Source: Candidatus Marinacidobacterales bacterium (lineage in GTDB: Bacteria > Acidobacteriota > Vicinamibacteria > Marinacidobacterales > DATDRI01). Taken from it: a stretch of 64,000 nucleotides of DNA. A program made the position numbers and the translations under genes. The stretch spans positions 2,976,001 through 3,040,000 of the forward strand of contig CBDCNP010000002.1 of NCBI GenBank assembly GCA_965219415.1. The letters run 5' to 3'. Shown here piece after piece: positions 9,628 to 19,419 of the stretch. Below the pieces are notes generated by a model. The model was not told the DNA's origin. It saw nothing but the letters and a program-made list of their open reading frames with translations, and did not search any database. Positions within the stretch are counted from its first letter, which is position 1; the number at the start of each line of letters is the position of its first letter.

Positions 9628-10994
9628 GGATGTGTCCCGAGGTTCGTGGAAAAAGAACGGCGCCCTCCACTCCGTCATCAGGGTATCAGATCAGGCGGCA
9701 ACCTCCGCGTGTTTGAGAACCTCGCTCAGACCTTGGTAGCCGTCGATGCGCCGTAGTTGAATCTGGCCAGAGGCGATAAGCCCAAACAGCAAAGCGACCG
9801 CAGACTCCTCGCTGGAGAACGACGCTTGGGTTTTCGTCCGGCGTCGAAACTCGCGGTTGAGATTCTCCAGAGCATTGGTCGTTCGAATCGATTTCCACAT
9901 GGCACGAGGGAATTCGTAGAAGGTCAGCAGCTGATTACCGGCCTCCTCTAGGCTTCGGACGACGGCCGGTGTGAGAGGCGTCCACTTGGCGACGAGTTCG
10001 TCATAGGCTTTGCGAGCATCGATCCCGTTCTTGGCGTAGACGATCCGGTTGTAGTCACGCCGGAGCTCACGGCGTGCGTGCGCCGGGCAATGTTCGAGCA
10101 AGTTGGCGCGCTTGTGCTCGGTACATCGCTGCACCCGGCACCCCGGCCACTTCTCGAGCGCTTTCGTCAGCCCCTTGTGGCCATCGCTAATCACTAGCTT
10201 GGGAGCCCGGAGTCCTTGAGCCTGGAGTCCCTCCAGCATGGAGCCCCAATGCGTCGAGGCTTCGCTAACCGCCAGACGCAATGACAACAGACGTTTCTGC
10301 CCGTCTGGCGTGACCCCGAGCGCGGCCAGTACGGGTACGCTGATCACACGTTTCGCCATCCGCACTTTCAGGTGGAAGCCGTCCAGGTAAACGATCGCGT
10401 AGACCTCCTCGCTGAGAGCACGGTTCTGCCATTCCTCGAAGCGCTCCTTCAGCCGGCTAACCACGCGAGACACCGCGCTCTTCGATAGGTGCTCCTCACC
10501 GAGCAGTGGTTTCAGCGCTTTGCGGACCCGGCGGCTATTCGCGCCCGACAAGTACGTCCCCAAGAGCGCCTCGTCGACCTCACGAGTCCGGCGCGCGTAC
10601 CGGGGCAACAGCTCGCTCCTGAACTCTGTCGTTTCTCCCGTTTCCTCGTCTCGCACGCGGGCTCGTGGCACCCGGAGCTCGCGTGTTCCCACCGACGTCG
10701 TCACGCGACGGGTTTCGGCTCCGTTGCGATACCCACGGCGGTCTTCCGCACGCTCGTAGCTACGACACCCCAGCGCTTGGTCGACTTCTTCCTCGAGCAC
10801 AACCTCGATCGCCTCCAGTACCCGCTTACGCAGCCGAAGTTGGACGAACTCCCGGTACTCGCTTACAGACTCCTTCGATATGGTGGTAGGCTTCTTCATG
10901 GCGTAATCCTCCTCCTCGCCTTTACAGGCGTGGTTTGGTTTTTCTTAACCGGAGGTTACGCCATTCTTATTTCCACGGGAATCGGGACAGATCC
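9628..10994 (-). mobile_element. Complete IS256-family element
   Basis: Imperfect TIRs GGATGTGTCCCGAGGTTCGTGGAAA / GGATCTGTCCCGATTCCCGTGGAAA; 8-bp TSD AGGGAGGG at 9620-9627 and 10995-11002. Confidence 0.93.
9691..10899 (-). CDS. IS256 family transposase
   Basis: GYRNG, VPRAR, VYLDG, VISDGHKGL, QRCTEH, IRTTNALENLNREFRRR motifs. Confidence 0.95.
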   Translation of the reverse strand: MKKPTTISKESVSEYREFVQLRLRKRVLEAIEVVLEEEVDQALGCRSYERAEDRRGYRNGAETRRVTTSVGTRELRVPRARVRDEETGETTEFRSELLPRYARRTREVDEALLGTYLSGANSRRVRKALKPLLGEEHLSKSAVSRVVSRLKERFEEWQNRALSEEVYAIVYLDGFHLKVRMAKRVISVPVLAALGVTPDGQKRLLSLRLAVSEASTHWGSMLEGLQAQGLRAPKLVISDGHKGLTKALEKWPGCRVQRCTEHKRANLLEHCPAHARRELRRDYNRIVYAKNGIDARKAYDELVAKWTPLTPAVVRSLEEAGNQLLTFYEFPRAMWKSIRTTNALENLNREFRRRTKTQASFSSEESAVALLFGLIASGQIQLRRIDGYQGLSEVLKHAEVAA

Positions 10995-11008
10995 AGGGAG
11001 GGACAGTC

Positions 11009-12535
11009 ATGGCACTTGAGATCAAATTTGGATATGAAAATTTCGCGAACTACAAGCGTCTCGCCTATAAGTGGTGGTTCGCATTAGCGGAATTCGTTGA
11101 TAACTCCACACAGTCATATTTTGATCATCGTGATGAACTTGCAGATGCGTATAAGGCGGAGGGGGAACGGTTCTCCGTGTTTATATCAACAGGCCAGGAC
11201 TTTGTGCGAGTATCCGATAATGCGATGGGCATGAGCCTCAAGGACTTGGAACTCGCGATGGTCGTTGGTGTACCGCCTAAAAACACGAAGGGTCGGTCGC
11301 GTTACGGACTCGGCATGAAGACTGCAGCCTGTTGGATAGGAGACAACTGGAAGATCGTAACAACCAAGCTGGACGAGCCAACCGAGTACACAGTTGAGGT
11401 GTCGGTAAACGACGTGGTGAATGGCAACGTCTCACCGCCGATGAGCCAAAGAGAAGTCTCTCCCGACGAGCACTACACCGTCATCGAAATTACCTCGCAT
11501 CATCGACCATTGCGTGGCCGAACGATCTCAAAGGTTAAGGAATATCTTAAGAGCATCTATCGAATGGATATCTCTTCGGGGAACATGTTGCTTCGATACC
11601 AAGACGCAGAACTCGAATGGAAAGGCTTCCTCAATGTCGATTTCCTACAACGCAGGGATGGTTCAGCGCACCGAGACGACTACATTTTTGAGATAAATTC
11701 TGAACCCGAAAAGAAGATCGTTGAAGGCTGGGTTGGTGTTCTCAAGAAAGGTTCGCGCGCAAAGGCTGGCTTCTCTATCCTGCATCGCAAGCGTTTGATT
11801 AAGGGCTGGCCGGATAGCTGGCGTCCTGAGAAAGTGTTCGGCGTCGGCGGCCGAAACGATTTAATTAACCAACGGGTCGTGGGGGAAGTCAACTTAGAGG
11901 ACTTTGAAGTCTCACACACTAAGGATGAAATCAACTGGAACGGTCTGGAAGAGGAACTCGTTGAGGACGGATTACTTAAAGTCTGTAAGCCGTTCATGGA
12001 GACTGCGCGAAAGGCCCGTGGTGGAATGGCGGTTGAACACGGGCCGAGCGACCTCCATGTCGATGCAGCTGTTCAGACCCTAGAACAAGAGCTCTCTACA
12101 CCCGAGTTTCTTGAAGCCTTACAGCTAGAGGAGACGCTTCCACCACTGGACCAGATTGAAGCGAGCAATCAACACGTAGTGGAGAACGCCAGGACGCAAG
12201 ATCCCGCGTTCGTCGTCGCTCTCAATGATATGACCATCCACGTCTACATAGACACGATTGGCTCACCGAACGATCCTTATTTCGTTAACGAGAATATTGA
12301 CGAAAACAAACTAGCGATAGTTGTAAACAAGCAGCACCCTCACTGGCGGATGCTCGAAGGCGAGAACTCGGTAGTAAACTACCTGCGACATTGCGTTTAC
12401 GATGGTGTCGCTGAGCATCGAGCCGCACGGATCAGAAGACTTGAGTCGGACTCAGTGAAGAGATTAAAGGACAGTTATTTGAGGGTGTCGTTCGATGTAC
12501 TACAGAGCTCCGAGGAAGAAAACGAAGAAGAATAG
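11009..12535 (+). CDS. GHKL/MORC-type ATPase (HATPase_c_3)
   Basis: ALAEFVDNS, DNAMGM, SRYGLGMKTAA Bergerat-fold motifs followed by an S5-like region. Confidence 0.88.
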   Translation: MALEIKFGYENFANYKRLAYKWWFALAEFVDNSTQSYFDHRDELADAYKAEGERFSVFISTGQDFVRVSDNAMGMSLKDLELAMVVGVPPKNTKGRSRYGLGMKTAACWIGDNWKIVTTKLDEPTEYTVEVSVNDVVNGNVSPPMSQREVSPDEHYTVIEITSHHRPLRGRTISKVKEYLKSIYRMDISSGNMLLRYQDAELEWKGFLNVDFLQRRDGSAHRDDYIFEINSEPEKKIVEGWVGVLKKGSRAKAGFSILHRKRLIKGWPDSWRPEKVFGVGGRNDLINQRVVGEVNLEDFEVSHTKDEINWNGLEEELVEDGLLKVCKPFMETARKARGGMAVEHGPSDLHVDAAVQTLEQELSTPEFLEALQLEETLPPLDQIEASNQHVVENARTQDPAFVVALNDMTIHVYIDTIGSPNDPYFVNENIDENKLAIVVNKQHPHWRMLEGENSVVNYLRHCVYDGVAEHRAARIRRLESDSVKRLKDSYLRVSFDVLQSSEEENEEE

Positions 12536-13158
12536 AAGCTTCTGTTAGAGATCAGTTGTCCAGCGTAAGGTCTGCCAGTTATTGTCGAGAGTTGTGAATC
12601 CGGGAATCGGTCCAGCGGCGTCCCCGTGGTGTCCGTACTTCCCCTGCATCCCCGGTGAGTTTACCGGATTTGGGAAGAGTAGGCCCGAAACGTTGTGCTT
12701 CAAGATCACGCTTTTCCCGGTCTCGCCCCTCCCGCGCAGCCTCGCTTGCGGGCCGCCAATCGAAGTGTCGCCGACCTCGATCGACCGAGAGTTCGGAACA
12801 TAGAGCTAATCCGAAACGGCCCAGCGCGCGGGTCTTGAGTTCGTTTGTGTTCTTGGACACGACGGCATCTCCATCATTGTTCTCCGCTTGATTTGTTCCC
12901 TGCGATCCCGTCTTGCGCCAAAACTGATCCACTGGCAACGTTGCAAGCGAGCAGTTGACGCGGCGTGGACGGTGGGAGACTGGAGTCCAATGAGGAGGAG
13001 AAAGGCAGTATCCTCCGCGGCCGAAACCAGGTGCTTTTCGCCTTGTCCGATGAACAGCGTCCGGTCCGCCGAGCCCAGTGTGAGAGATTGACGGTTCGTG
13101 AGTCCCTCGACAGTGACCGCGTATGGTGCAAATAGTACGTCGAGCTCGACGTCGGCCT

Positions 13159-13440
13159 TCATTCGATCCCGACAAGGTGCTCAAAACTCTCGCGGTTGAG
13201 AGGACAGTCCACAAGCTTGAGAAAATCAGTCCTACTAAGACCGCCACACTGCTTCGCCATCTGCGCCAGAAGCGGGTCTCCGAGCGCCTTGTAGCTTGAG
13301 CCGTGGCTCGTCCGAGTGCGGATCGGCGTCTTCTTGCCAGCCAGGGTCCTGTAGACGAAGTAGTGGTGGTGCCGTTCGTCCCGTTCGAAGCCCTTACGCT
13401 CCAAACTCGCCTCGACATCCTTCCGATTACGCGTGCTCAT
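13159..13440 (-). CDS. HicA-like toxin
   Basis: 93 aa; LERKGF...HHHYFVY...SHG...LLAQMAKQ pattern resembling the HicA dsRBD fold. Confidence 0.65.
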   Translation of the reverse strand: MSTRNRKDVEASLERKGFERDERHHHYFVYRTLAGKKTPIRTRTSHGSSYKALGDPLLAQMAKQCGGLSRTDFLKLVDCPLNRESFEHLVGIE

Positions 13441-14498
13441 CGGGCCAGCTCAAAGGTGCCGAGTAGCTGCTGCTTCAGCTCGAGTGCGTCCTCAGTCAGC
13501 TCATCGTCGCTCTCCGCCGCATACTGGCGCCACAGGAAATCAAGCTCGTCGTACAGGTCGACCTCAAGCTCCTCACGGAGTCCCGCCAGAAGCTGGATGC
13601 CAAAGGGGGCGTCCTGGAGCTCGTAGTATTGGCTCGTCTCGTCCAGCACCGGCTGGAACGACACGGGTTGCTTGGCAACGACCCGCTTATCGTCTACGTC
13701 GAAACCGTCGATCTCAATCACCGACAGATCGACCTCGATGATCTTCTCGACCTCGTTGATCCGTACCGGCTCCCTTTCGGCGTTGAGTACAACCTGCCCG
13801 ACCACTTGGATAAACTCCCTCGGTTTGTCTAGAAGCATGTCCTCGACTTCTCGATGATAGAAGCACTGTAGCTCCTGGCAGGTAGGAGGATAGTGCAGAC
13901 GCAACCTATTGCTAGAGAAGTCGATGCCGATCAGACGGCCTGTGATGGTGGTGACAGTGGCGTCGACTGTAGGTGCTGCGCTCAAGTTGTCCATGAACTT
14001 GGCGAACTTCGTTGGCACGAAAAGGTCGTAGCCAGAGCGCGACTGGAGGGTGACCTCGACGCCAGACCGCTTCGGCGGCGCCATCTTGCGCAGCGCCTCA
14101 AGGATGGAGGTCCGGTAACCGGGATGGGGCAGGACGGTGCGGATGCGCTCGCCATCTTCGTCCGCGATGGCCGACAGGAGATCGTGAAAGCGCTCGGTAA
14201 CAGCCTCGACGGCAGCAAGATCGAACAATCTCTGCGACGTGTCACCGATGACAACAGGCTCGATGTAGCTGCCTTCTTCGGGCAACTGACACAAGACTGC
14301 GTAACGCTTCTCGATCTCAGCCGACGGGCGCGCACGCTGGCGGATCTCCCTGCCCTCATGGAGCATGCCTAGAAGGTGGACGGCGCGCTGAAGCGACTGG
14401 AGAGACTGCGTCAGCACGGTCACGGACACGAAGTTCCCTTCGGTCGTCTTACCCCCGAATTTCAGCTGCAGTCCCCTGTCTTGCCGCTGAGGCATCAT
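13437..14498 (-). CDS. Hypothetical 353-aa protein coupled to the HicA-like gene (candidate antitoxin)
   Basis: ATGA overlap with the downstream gene; acidic C-terminal domain (LREELEVDLYDELDFLWRQYA) reminiscent of the HicB N-domain. Confidence 0.6.
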   Translation of the reverse strand: MMPQRQDRGLQLKFGGKTTEGNFVSVTVLTQSLQSLQRAVHLLGMLHEGREIRQRARPSAEIEKRYAVLCQLPEEGSYIEPVVIGDTSQRLFDLAAVEAVTERFHDLLSAIADEDGERIRTVLPHPGYRTSILEALRKMAPPKRSGVEVTLQSRSGYDLFVPTKFAKFMDNLSAAPTVDATVTTITGRLIGIDFSSNRLRLHYPPTCQELQCFYHREVEDMLLDKPREFIQVVGQVVLNAEREPVRINEVEKIIEVDLSVIEIDGFDVDDKRVVAKQPVSFQPVLDETSQYYELQDAPFGIQLLAGLREELEVDLYDELDFLWRQYAAESDDELTEDALELKQQLLGTFELAR

Positions 14499-14647
14499 TT
14501 CCTCCCGCTATTCTTGCGGATTCTCACCGGACGCGCCTTCGTCTTCCAGAGTAGACTGCCAACCACTCAGCATACCAAAAAAAGCGGAGCGCGGCGCGGG
14601 CTTACACCCGAACCGCGAACCCATCTAGACGATAGAAAGGTCAAGTT

Positions 14648-14945
14648 GGATCTGTCCCGATTCCCGTGGAAATAAGAATGGCGTAACCTCCGGTTAAGAA
14701 AAACCAAACCACGCCTGTAAAGGCGAGGAGGAGGATTACGCCATGAAGAAGCCTACCTGTCCATCATCATTATTAATCCGGGACTGGACTCTAGGGCCCG
14801 GACCGCGTCTGGTCAAAATATTCGAACGCCCATCGGGTCAGCAGTTTGCACCTTTCCAACGGGAAGCCGCATGAGTATTTTGACCTCACGACTAAGCTGC
14901 TGATTTATGGCCTATTTCAAAAGGGCTGAGTTTTGGCACAGGACG
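14648..14945. mobile_element. Stack of abutting IS termini: IS256 left end, rve-B end, rve-C mini-element, rve-A end
   Basis: 14648-14757 matches the IS256 left end plus MKKPT; 14758 TGTCCATCATC; 14806-14890 CGTCTGGTCAAAA..TTTTGACCTCACG; 14891-14945 ..GTTTTGGCACAGGACG. Confidence 0.85.
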
Positions 14946-15042
14946 GCCGAAGACTCTCCGCCGCAACCGCTGCTGCGGGTCGGTGGCGCGGATTGCGTGC
15001 ATAAGGCTTCAGACGTGAAAGCGGTGTCATCTTGACTGCCAT
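14946..15042 (-). pseudogene. N-terminal fragment of phage-type ParB/MTase protein
   Basis: MAVKMTPLSRLKPYARNPR...AVAAESL, cut by the element end at 14945. Confidence 0.55.
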
Positions 15043-15068
15043 TACTCGTTTCCCCAGTCGCTGCTGGT

Positions 15069-15795
15069 TCACTGGGCTAGCCACGCGCTGAAACGCTCGT
15101 TCATCGTGTCCATGTGGTCGCTCCACCACAACCAGTTGCTCTGCAGGACGCGCACGGTATTCTCTGGGTGGGTTGGCATGTGGGGGGTCATGTCGACACC
15201 GGCCTCGACGTGCGTCCCGACCAGCGGCAGGCCCGACCGGCGCACAGGGCTGTAGGCAATGTGACCGCTGACGGCCGCCATCGACTCCGCAGTTGTGGCA
15301 AACCGGACGAACTCCAACGCAGTCTCGAGGTTCCGCGTGCCAGCGACGATGCCAAGCTGGCCTGTGTCCAGCACTTGGCCGTCCCAAACGATCACGAAAG
15401 GTTGGCTCTCGATCACCTGCGCATTGAAGATGCGGCCGTTGTAAGCGGTGCTCATGACCACTTCGCCGTCTGCGAGCATTTGCGGCGGCTGCGCACCGGC
15501 TTCCCACCACACCACCTGTTCTTTGATGGTGTCGAGCTTACGAAAGGCCCGGTCTACTCCAGCTGACGTGTCGAGCGTAGTGTACACCTCACTGACTGGC
15601 ACGCCGTCGGCGATCAGCGCGAACTCCAGATTGACGAGCGGTGTGCGGCGCATCCCGCGGCGACCCGGAAAGCGCTCCAGGTCGAAGAAGTCGTCGATTG
15701 TTGCCGGTTTGTCGCCCGGGATACGCTCGGCGTTGTAGGCATAGACGGTGGAATAGAACAGTGTACCCACACTGCAGTCCAGCAGCGTGTCGGGT
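15069..15795 (-). pseudogene. PotD/PotF-like ABC transporter substrate-binding protein, 5'-truncated
   Basis: DFFDLERFPGRRGMR..LEFALIADGV..WW..GAQPPQ.LADGEV..AYNGR..ERFSAWLA; signal peptide and N-terminal third missing; abuts the CRISPR array. Confidence 0.85.
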
Positions 15796-15812
15796 CCGTA
15801 TGAGGTCCACGA

Positions 15813-17773
15813 GTGTCGCCGGGGTTTACTCCCCGGCCTTCGTTGAGCGCTCGAATGAAGATGTCTCAGGCGATCCGATGAGCTAGTGTCGCCGGGGTTT
15901 ACTCCCCGGCCTTCGTTGAGCGCTGTGCGGAGGATGCGAAGAGGCGAAGATGCCCACGGTGTCGCCGGGGTTTACTCCCCGGCCTTCGTTGAGCGCTCCC
16001 TCGCTAGTGAAACCGCAGCTCCGGTCCAAAGCCGTGTCGCCGGGGTTTACTCCCCGGCCTTCGTTGAGCGTCGCGCACCTGCTCCGGGAGAATCCCTAGC
16101 TTCGTCGTGTCGCCGGGGTTTACTCCCCGGCCTTCGTTGAGCGGTGCTCCATCAACGGGGCCTCGTATGGGCAGAGGACGGTGTCGCCGGGGTTTACTCC
16201 CCGGCCTTCGTTGAGCGGTGCTGTCTCCCGCCGGGACGGTCGTGCTGTCCAAGGGTGTCGCCGGGGTTTACTCCCCGGCCTTCGTTGAGCGGACAACGCT
16301 GTCAGGTTCCTCAAGCCGTACAGCGCCGCGTGTCGCCGGGGTTTACTCCCCGGCCTTCGTTGAGCGAGTTACCGGATTGGACGAATCCATGGACGAGATA
16401 TCAAGTGTCGCCGGGGTTTACTCCCCGGCCTTCGTTGAGCGCTCTAACCGTCCGCATTTGATAGCTTGTTTCGTCCGCAAGTGTCGCCGGGGTTTACTCC
16501 CCGGCCTTCGTTGAGCGGCCGCCGCCGCGGTCATACTTTGATTGCTCCCGATAGTGTCGCCGGGGTTTACTCCCCGGCCTTCGTTGAGCGAAGGCTCTGA
16601 CCAAGGAAGATCGCCAGGAACTCGCGTGTCGCCGGGGTTTACTCCCCGGCCTTCGTTGAGCGGCCGCCGCCGCGGTCATACTTTGATTGCTCCCGATAGT
16701 GTCGCCGGGGTTTACTCCCCGGCCTTCGTTGAGCGAAGGCTCTGACCAAGGAAGATCGCCAGGAACTCGCGTGTCGCCGGGGTTTACTCCCCGGCCTTCG
16801 TTGAGCGGGCGTCACCGACGGCATGGCCAAAATGCCAGACTCCGGGTGTCGCCGGGGTTTACTCCCCGGCCTTCGTTGAGCGCTGGCGGTCGGCTACAGC
16901 GCCGCAGAGGCGGCGGCGGTGTCGCCGGGGTTTACTCCCCGGCCTTCGTTGAGCGAGCTAGAGCATGTTCGAGAAATCACCGAACAGCGCGTGTGTCGCC
17001 GGGGTTTACTCCCCGGCCTTCGTTGAGCGGACTTAACAACGGTGATAGACCCGGCCGCGGGCGAGGAGTGTCGCCGGGGTTTACTCCCCGGCCTTCGTTG
17101 AGCGTTCATCAAATTCGCCGGGACCGCGATGCACTCGATCGCGTGTCGCCGGGGTTTACTCCCCGGCCTTCGTTGAGCGAGTAAGTTTCGCCCCGCTTGG
17201 AAACGCTGAATTGAGTGTCGCCGGGGTTTACTCCCCGGCCTTCGTTGAGCGTTCGAGCACGGGTGATGCCTTGAAAGGATCATTCTTGTGTCGCCGGGGT
17301 TTACTCCCCGGCCTTCGTTGAGCGAAGGCCGAAACGATGTCCATCCTGACAGGGAAGAGCTTGTGTCGCCGGGGTTTACTCCCCGGCCTTCGTTGAGCGT
17401 GAGCCGTTACGTCCGCAACTTTGCCATGGCGGGATGGTGTCGCCGGGGTTTACTCCCCGGCCTTCGTTGAGCGGTCCCAGGGTTTGCTCACGGGCTATCC
17501 CTTCCTCGCCGGTGTCGCCGGGGTTTACTCCCCGGCCTTCGTTGAGCGCGCTGAAGTCCGTCGTGGTTACCGATACTTCAGAAGCCTGTGTCGCCGGGGT
17601 TTACTCCCCGGCCTTCGTTGAGCGGCCAACGCCCGCCAGATGCTTGCGATTCTTGTGAAGGTGTCGCCGGGGTTTACTCCCCGGCCTTCGTTGAGCGGGG
17701 AATATTGGCGCCTGATGCTCACCTGGAACGAAACGGGTGTCGCCGGGGTTTACTCCCCGGCCTTCGTTGAGCG
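15813..17773 (+). CRISPR. CRISPR array, 27 identical 37-bp repeats GTGTCGCCGGGGTTTACTCCCCGGCCTTCGTTGAGCG, 26 spacers of 35-39 bp; type I-G (I-U)-like repeat; orphan
   Basis: Repeats counted directly; hairpin GCCGGGG/CCCCGGC with a TTGAGC 3' end; no cas genes in the window. Confidence 0.97.
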
Positions 17774-17783
17774 CTGACGCGGG

Positions 17784-18983
17784 GGTGCTTCCGCAATTAA
17801 GTGTTGGCAGCCAGCCCCTAACCGGTCTGCGTGCTAGAGTTTGAACCAGAATTCCGAAGACACAGTTCTCTCATCGTCAGGGCCGAGCCAAAGTGAAAAA
17901 TCGCAGATGTCTCAATCTCGCATGTCCGTTGCGGGGCAAAGTCAGTTCCGGAAACATCGTTCGCCACGGATTCTACCGAACCAGGTCCGGGAAACGCCGT
18001 CGATACCGGTGCGGCGAGTGCGGAAAGACGTTCTCCTCGACGAAAGGCACGCCCTACTACCGTCTCCAACATCGAAGAGCTACTTTCGATGGGGTCATCG
18101 CTCTCAGAGTCGAGGGTGTCAGCATTTCCTCGATTTCCCGGATCAAAGGGATTGCCTGGAACACCGTCGCCCGTTGGCTCGAGAAGGCAGCCCAAGTGTG
18201 TCATCGATTCAATCACAGAAGGATCGCTGGCTTCGCTGCCGAAGAGCTTCAAGCCGACGAGATTCGCACGTTCGCGGGCAACAAGAAGACACCGAGTTGG
18301 GTCTTCGTTACAATCGAAGTCTGGTCTCGGCTCTGGCCATCGACGGTGACGGGAAGGCGAAGCTACCGGAACACTCACGCTCTGTTTCGCGACCTTTCGA
18401 GACGGATGAATTTCGAGCGTCTTCCCTTGATCGTTACGGATGGATTCGAATTCTACCAGAAGGTCATCCGTCGCTTCTTCGGGCCAGCGTGTCTCTACGG
18501 CCAGGTCCTAAAAACGCGCAGGAACGATCGCATCATCAAGGTCGAACGGAGAGTGCTGCACGGAGCCGCGTGGCGATTCGAAGACGCGCTCAATAACTCC
18601 GAGGACTCTTCGACATTGAACACGTCGTTCATCGAGCGGTTGAATCTGACCATCCGGCAAAGCTCGGCATACCTTTCGAGACGAACGCTTTCCCACGCTC
18701 GCTCGACGGAGAGGCTCGATGAACACCTGGAGTTGCTCCGTTGCTATTACAACTTCGTCCGACCGCACGGAGCTCTGAAGTTCGGACGTGAGATCCGAAC
18801 TCCGGCTATGCAGGCTGGTCTGACGACGCGACGGCTCACCTTTCGAGACATCTTCTTGGCGATGACGATTCCTTTGTGGTCGCGGATCGAGGTTTTCGTG
18901 CTCAGTAGGGCGCGCAACCCGCTCTCTTCCGCACCTGTACCACTGCCCGCAGCCGCGTAGCAACACTTGATGGCGGAAGCACC
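17784..18983 (+). mobile_element. IS1-family element, 1200 bp, copy 1
   Basis: TIRs GGTGCTTCCGC(AATT/CATC)AAGTGTTG; interrupts a CRISPR spacer; no TSD seen. Confidence 0.9.
17893..18960 (+). CDS. IS1-family transposase (Zn ribbon-HTH-DDE)
   Basis: C..C..RYRCGECGKTF, LQADEI, IVTDGF, NTSFIERLNLTIR, YNFVRPH, RTPAM. Confidence 0.9.
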   Translation: MKNRRCLNLACPLRGKVSSGNIVRHGFYRTRSGKRRRYRCGECGKTFSSTKGTPYYRLQHRRATFDGVIALRVEGVSISSISRIKGIAWNTVARWLEKAAQVCHRFNHRRIAGFAAEELQADEIRTFAGNKKTPSWVFVTIEVWSRLWPSTVTGRRSYRNTHALFRDLSRRMNFERLPLIVTDGFEFYQKVIRRFFGPACLYGQVLKTRRNDRIIKVERRVLHGAAWRFEDALNNSEDSSTLNTSFIERLNLTIRQSSAYLSRRTLSHARSTERLDEHLELLRCYYNFVRPHGALKFGREIRTPAMQAGLTTRRLTFRDIFLAMTIPLWSRIEVFVLSRARNPLSSAPVPLPAAA

Positions 18984-19176
18984 GGGCGGGAGGACGATAG
19001 ACCGCACGGAGCTTCGCCATGGTATTGATGACCATTACTACCTCCCTCTCGCTGCTGGATCGAACATATCATATCATTCATTGCTCCTTCCGCCGGAACC
19101 CCACGGCTTGCGGGTAGTGGTCTAGTTTGAATTTTCTGGCCGCTGAACGGTCCGCCGTCTCGTGCTATCCTGGGGT

Positions 19177-19419
19177 ATGCCTACCCGATCAAGTAAGAAG
19201 AAGCGCCCACGAGACACTAATCAGCTCGCGAAGGCGATCGTCGACATTGCTACAGGACAAGAAGAGGACGATCTTAGCAAAGACAAGAGGCACCCAGAGG
19301 AACACAAAGGTCGATCTGGTGGAAAGAAGGGCGGCAAGGCTAGAGCATTGAGCCTTACCGAAGAGGAGCGTTCCGAGATCGCACGAATCGCGGCCAACGC
19401 ACGCTGGAAGAAGTTCTAA
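19177..19419 (+). CDS. Small basic passenger protein (KGG-repeat, histone-H1-like)
   Basis: KRPRDTNQLAKAIVDIATG...GGKKGGKARA..LT.EERSEIA..AA.ARW; a family commonly found inside IS1/IS1595 tIS ends. Confidence 0.8.
   Translation: MPTRSSKKKRPRDTNQLAKAIVDIATGQEEDDLSKDKRHPEEHKGRSGGKKGGKARALSLTEEERSEIARIAANARWKKF

Noticed and set aside
15641-17770. Many short ORFs with repeated VSPGFTPRPSLS / VAGVYSPAFVER peptides
   Set aside because: They are translations of the CRISPR repeats, not genes
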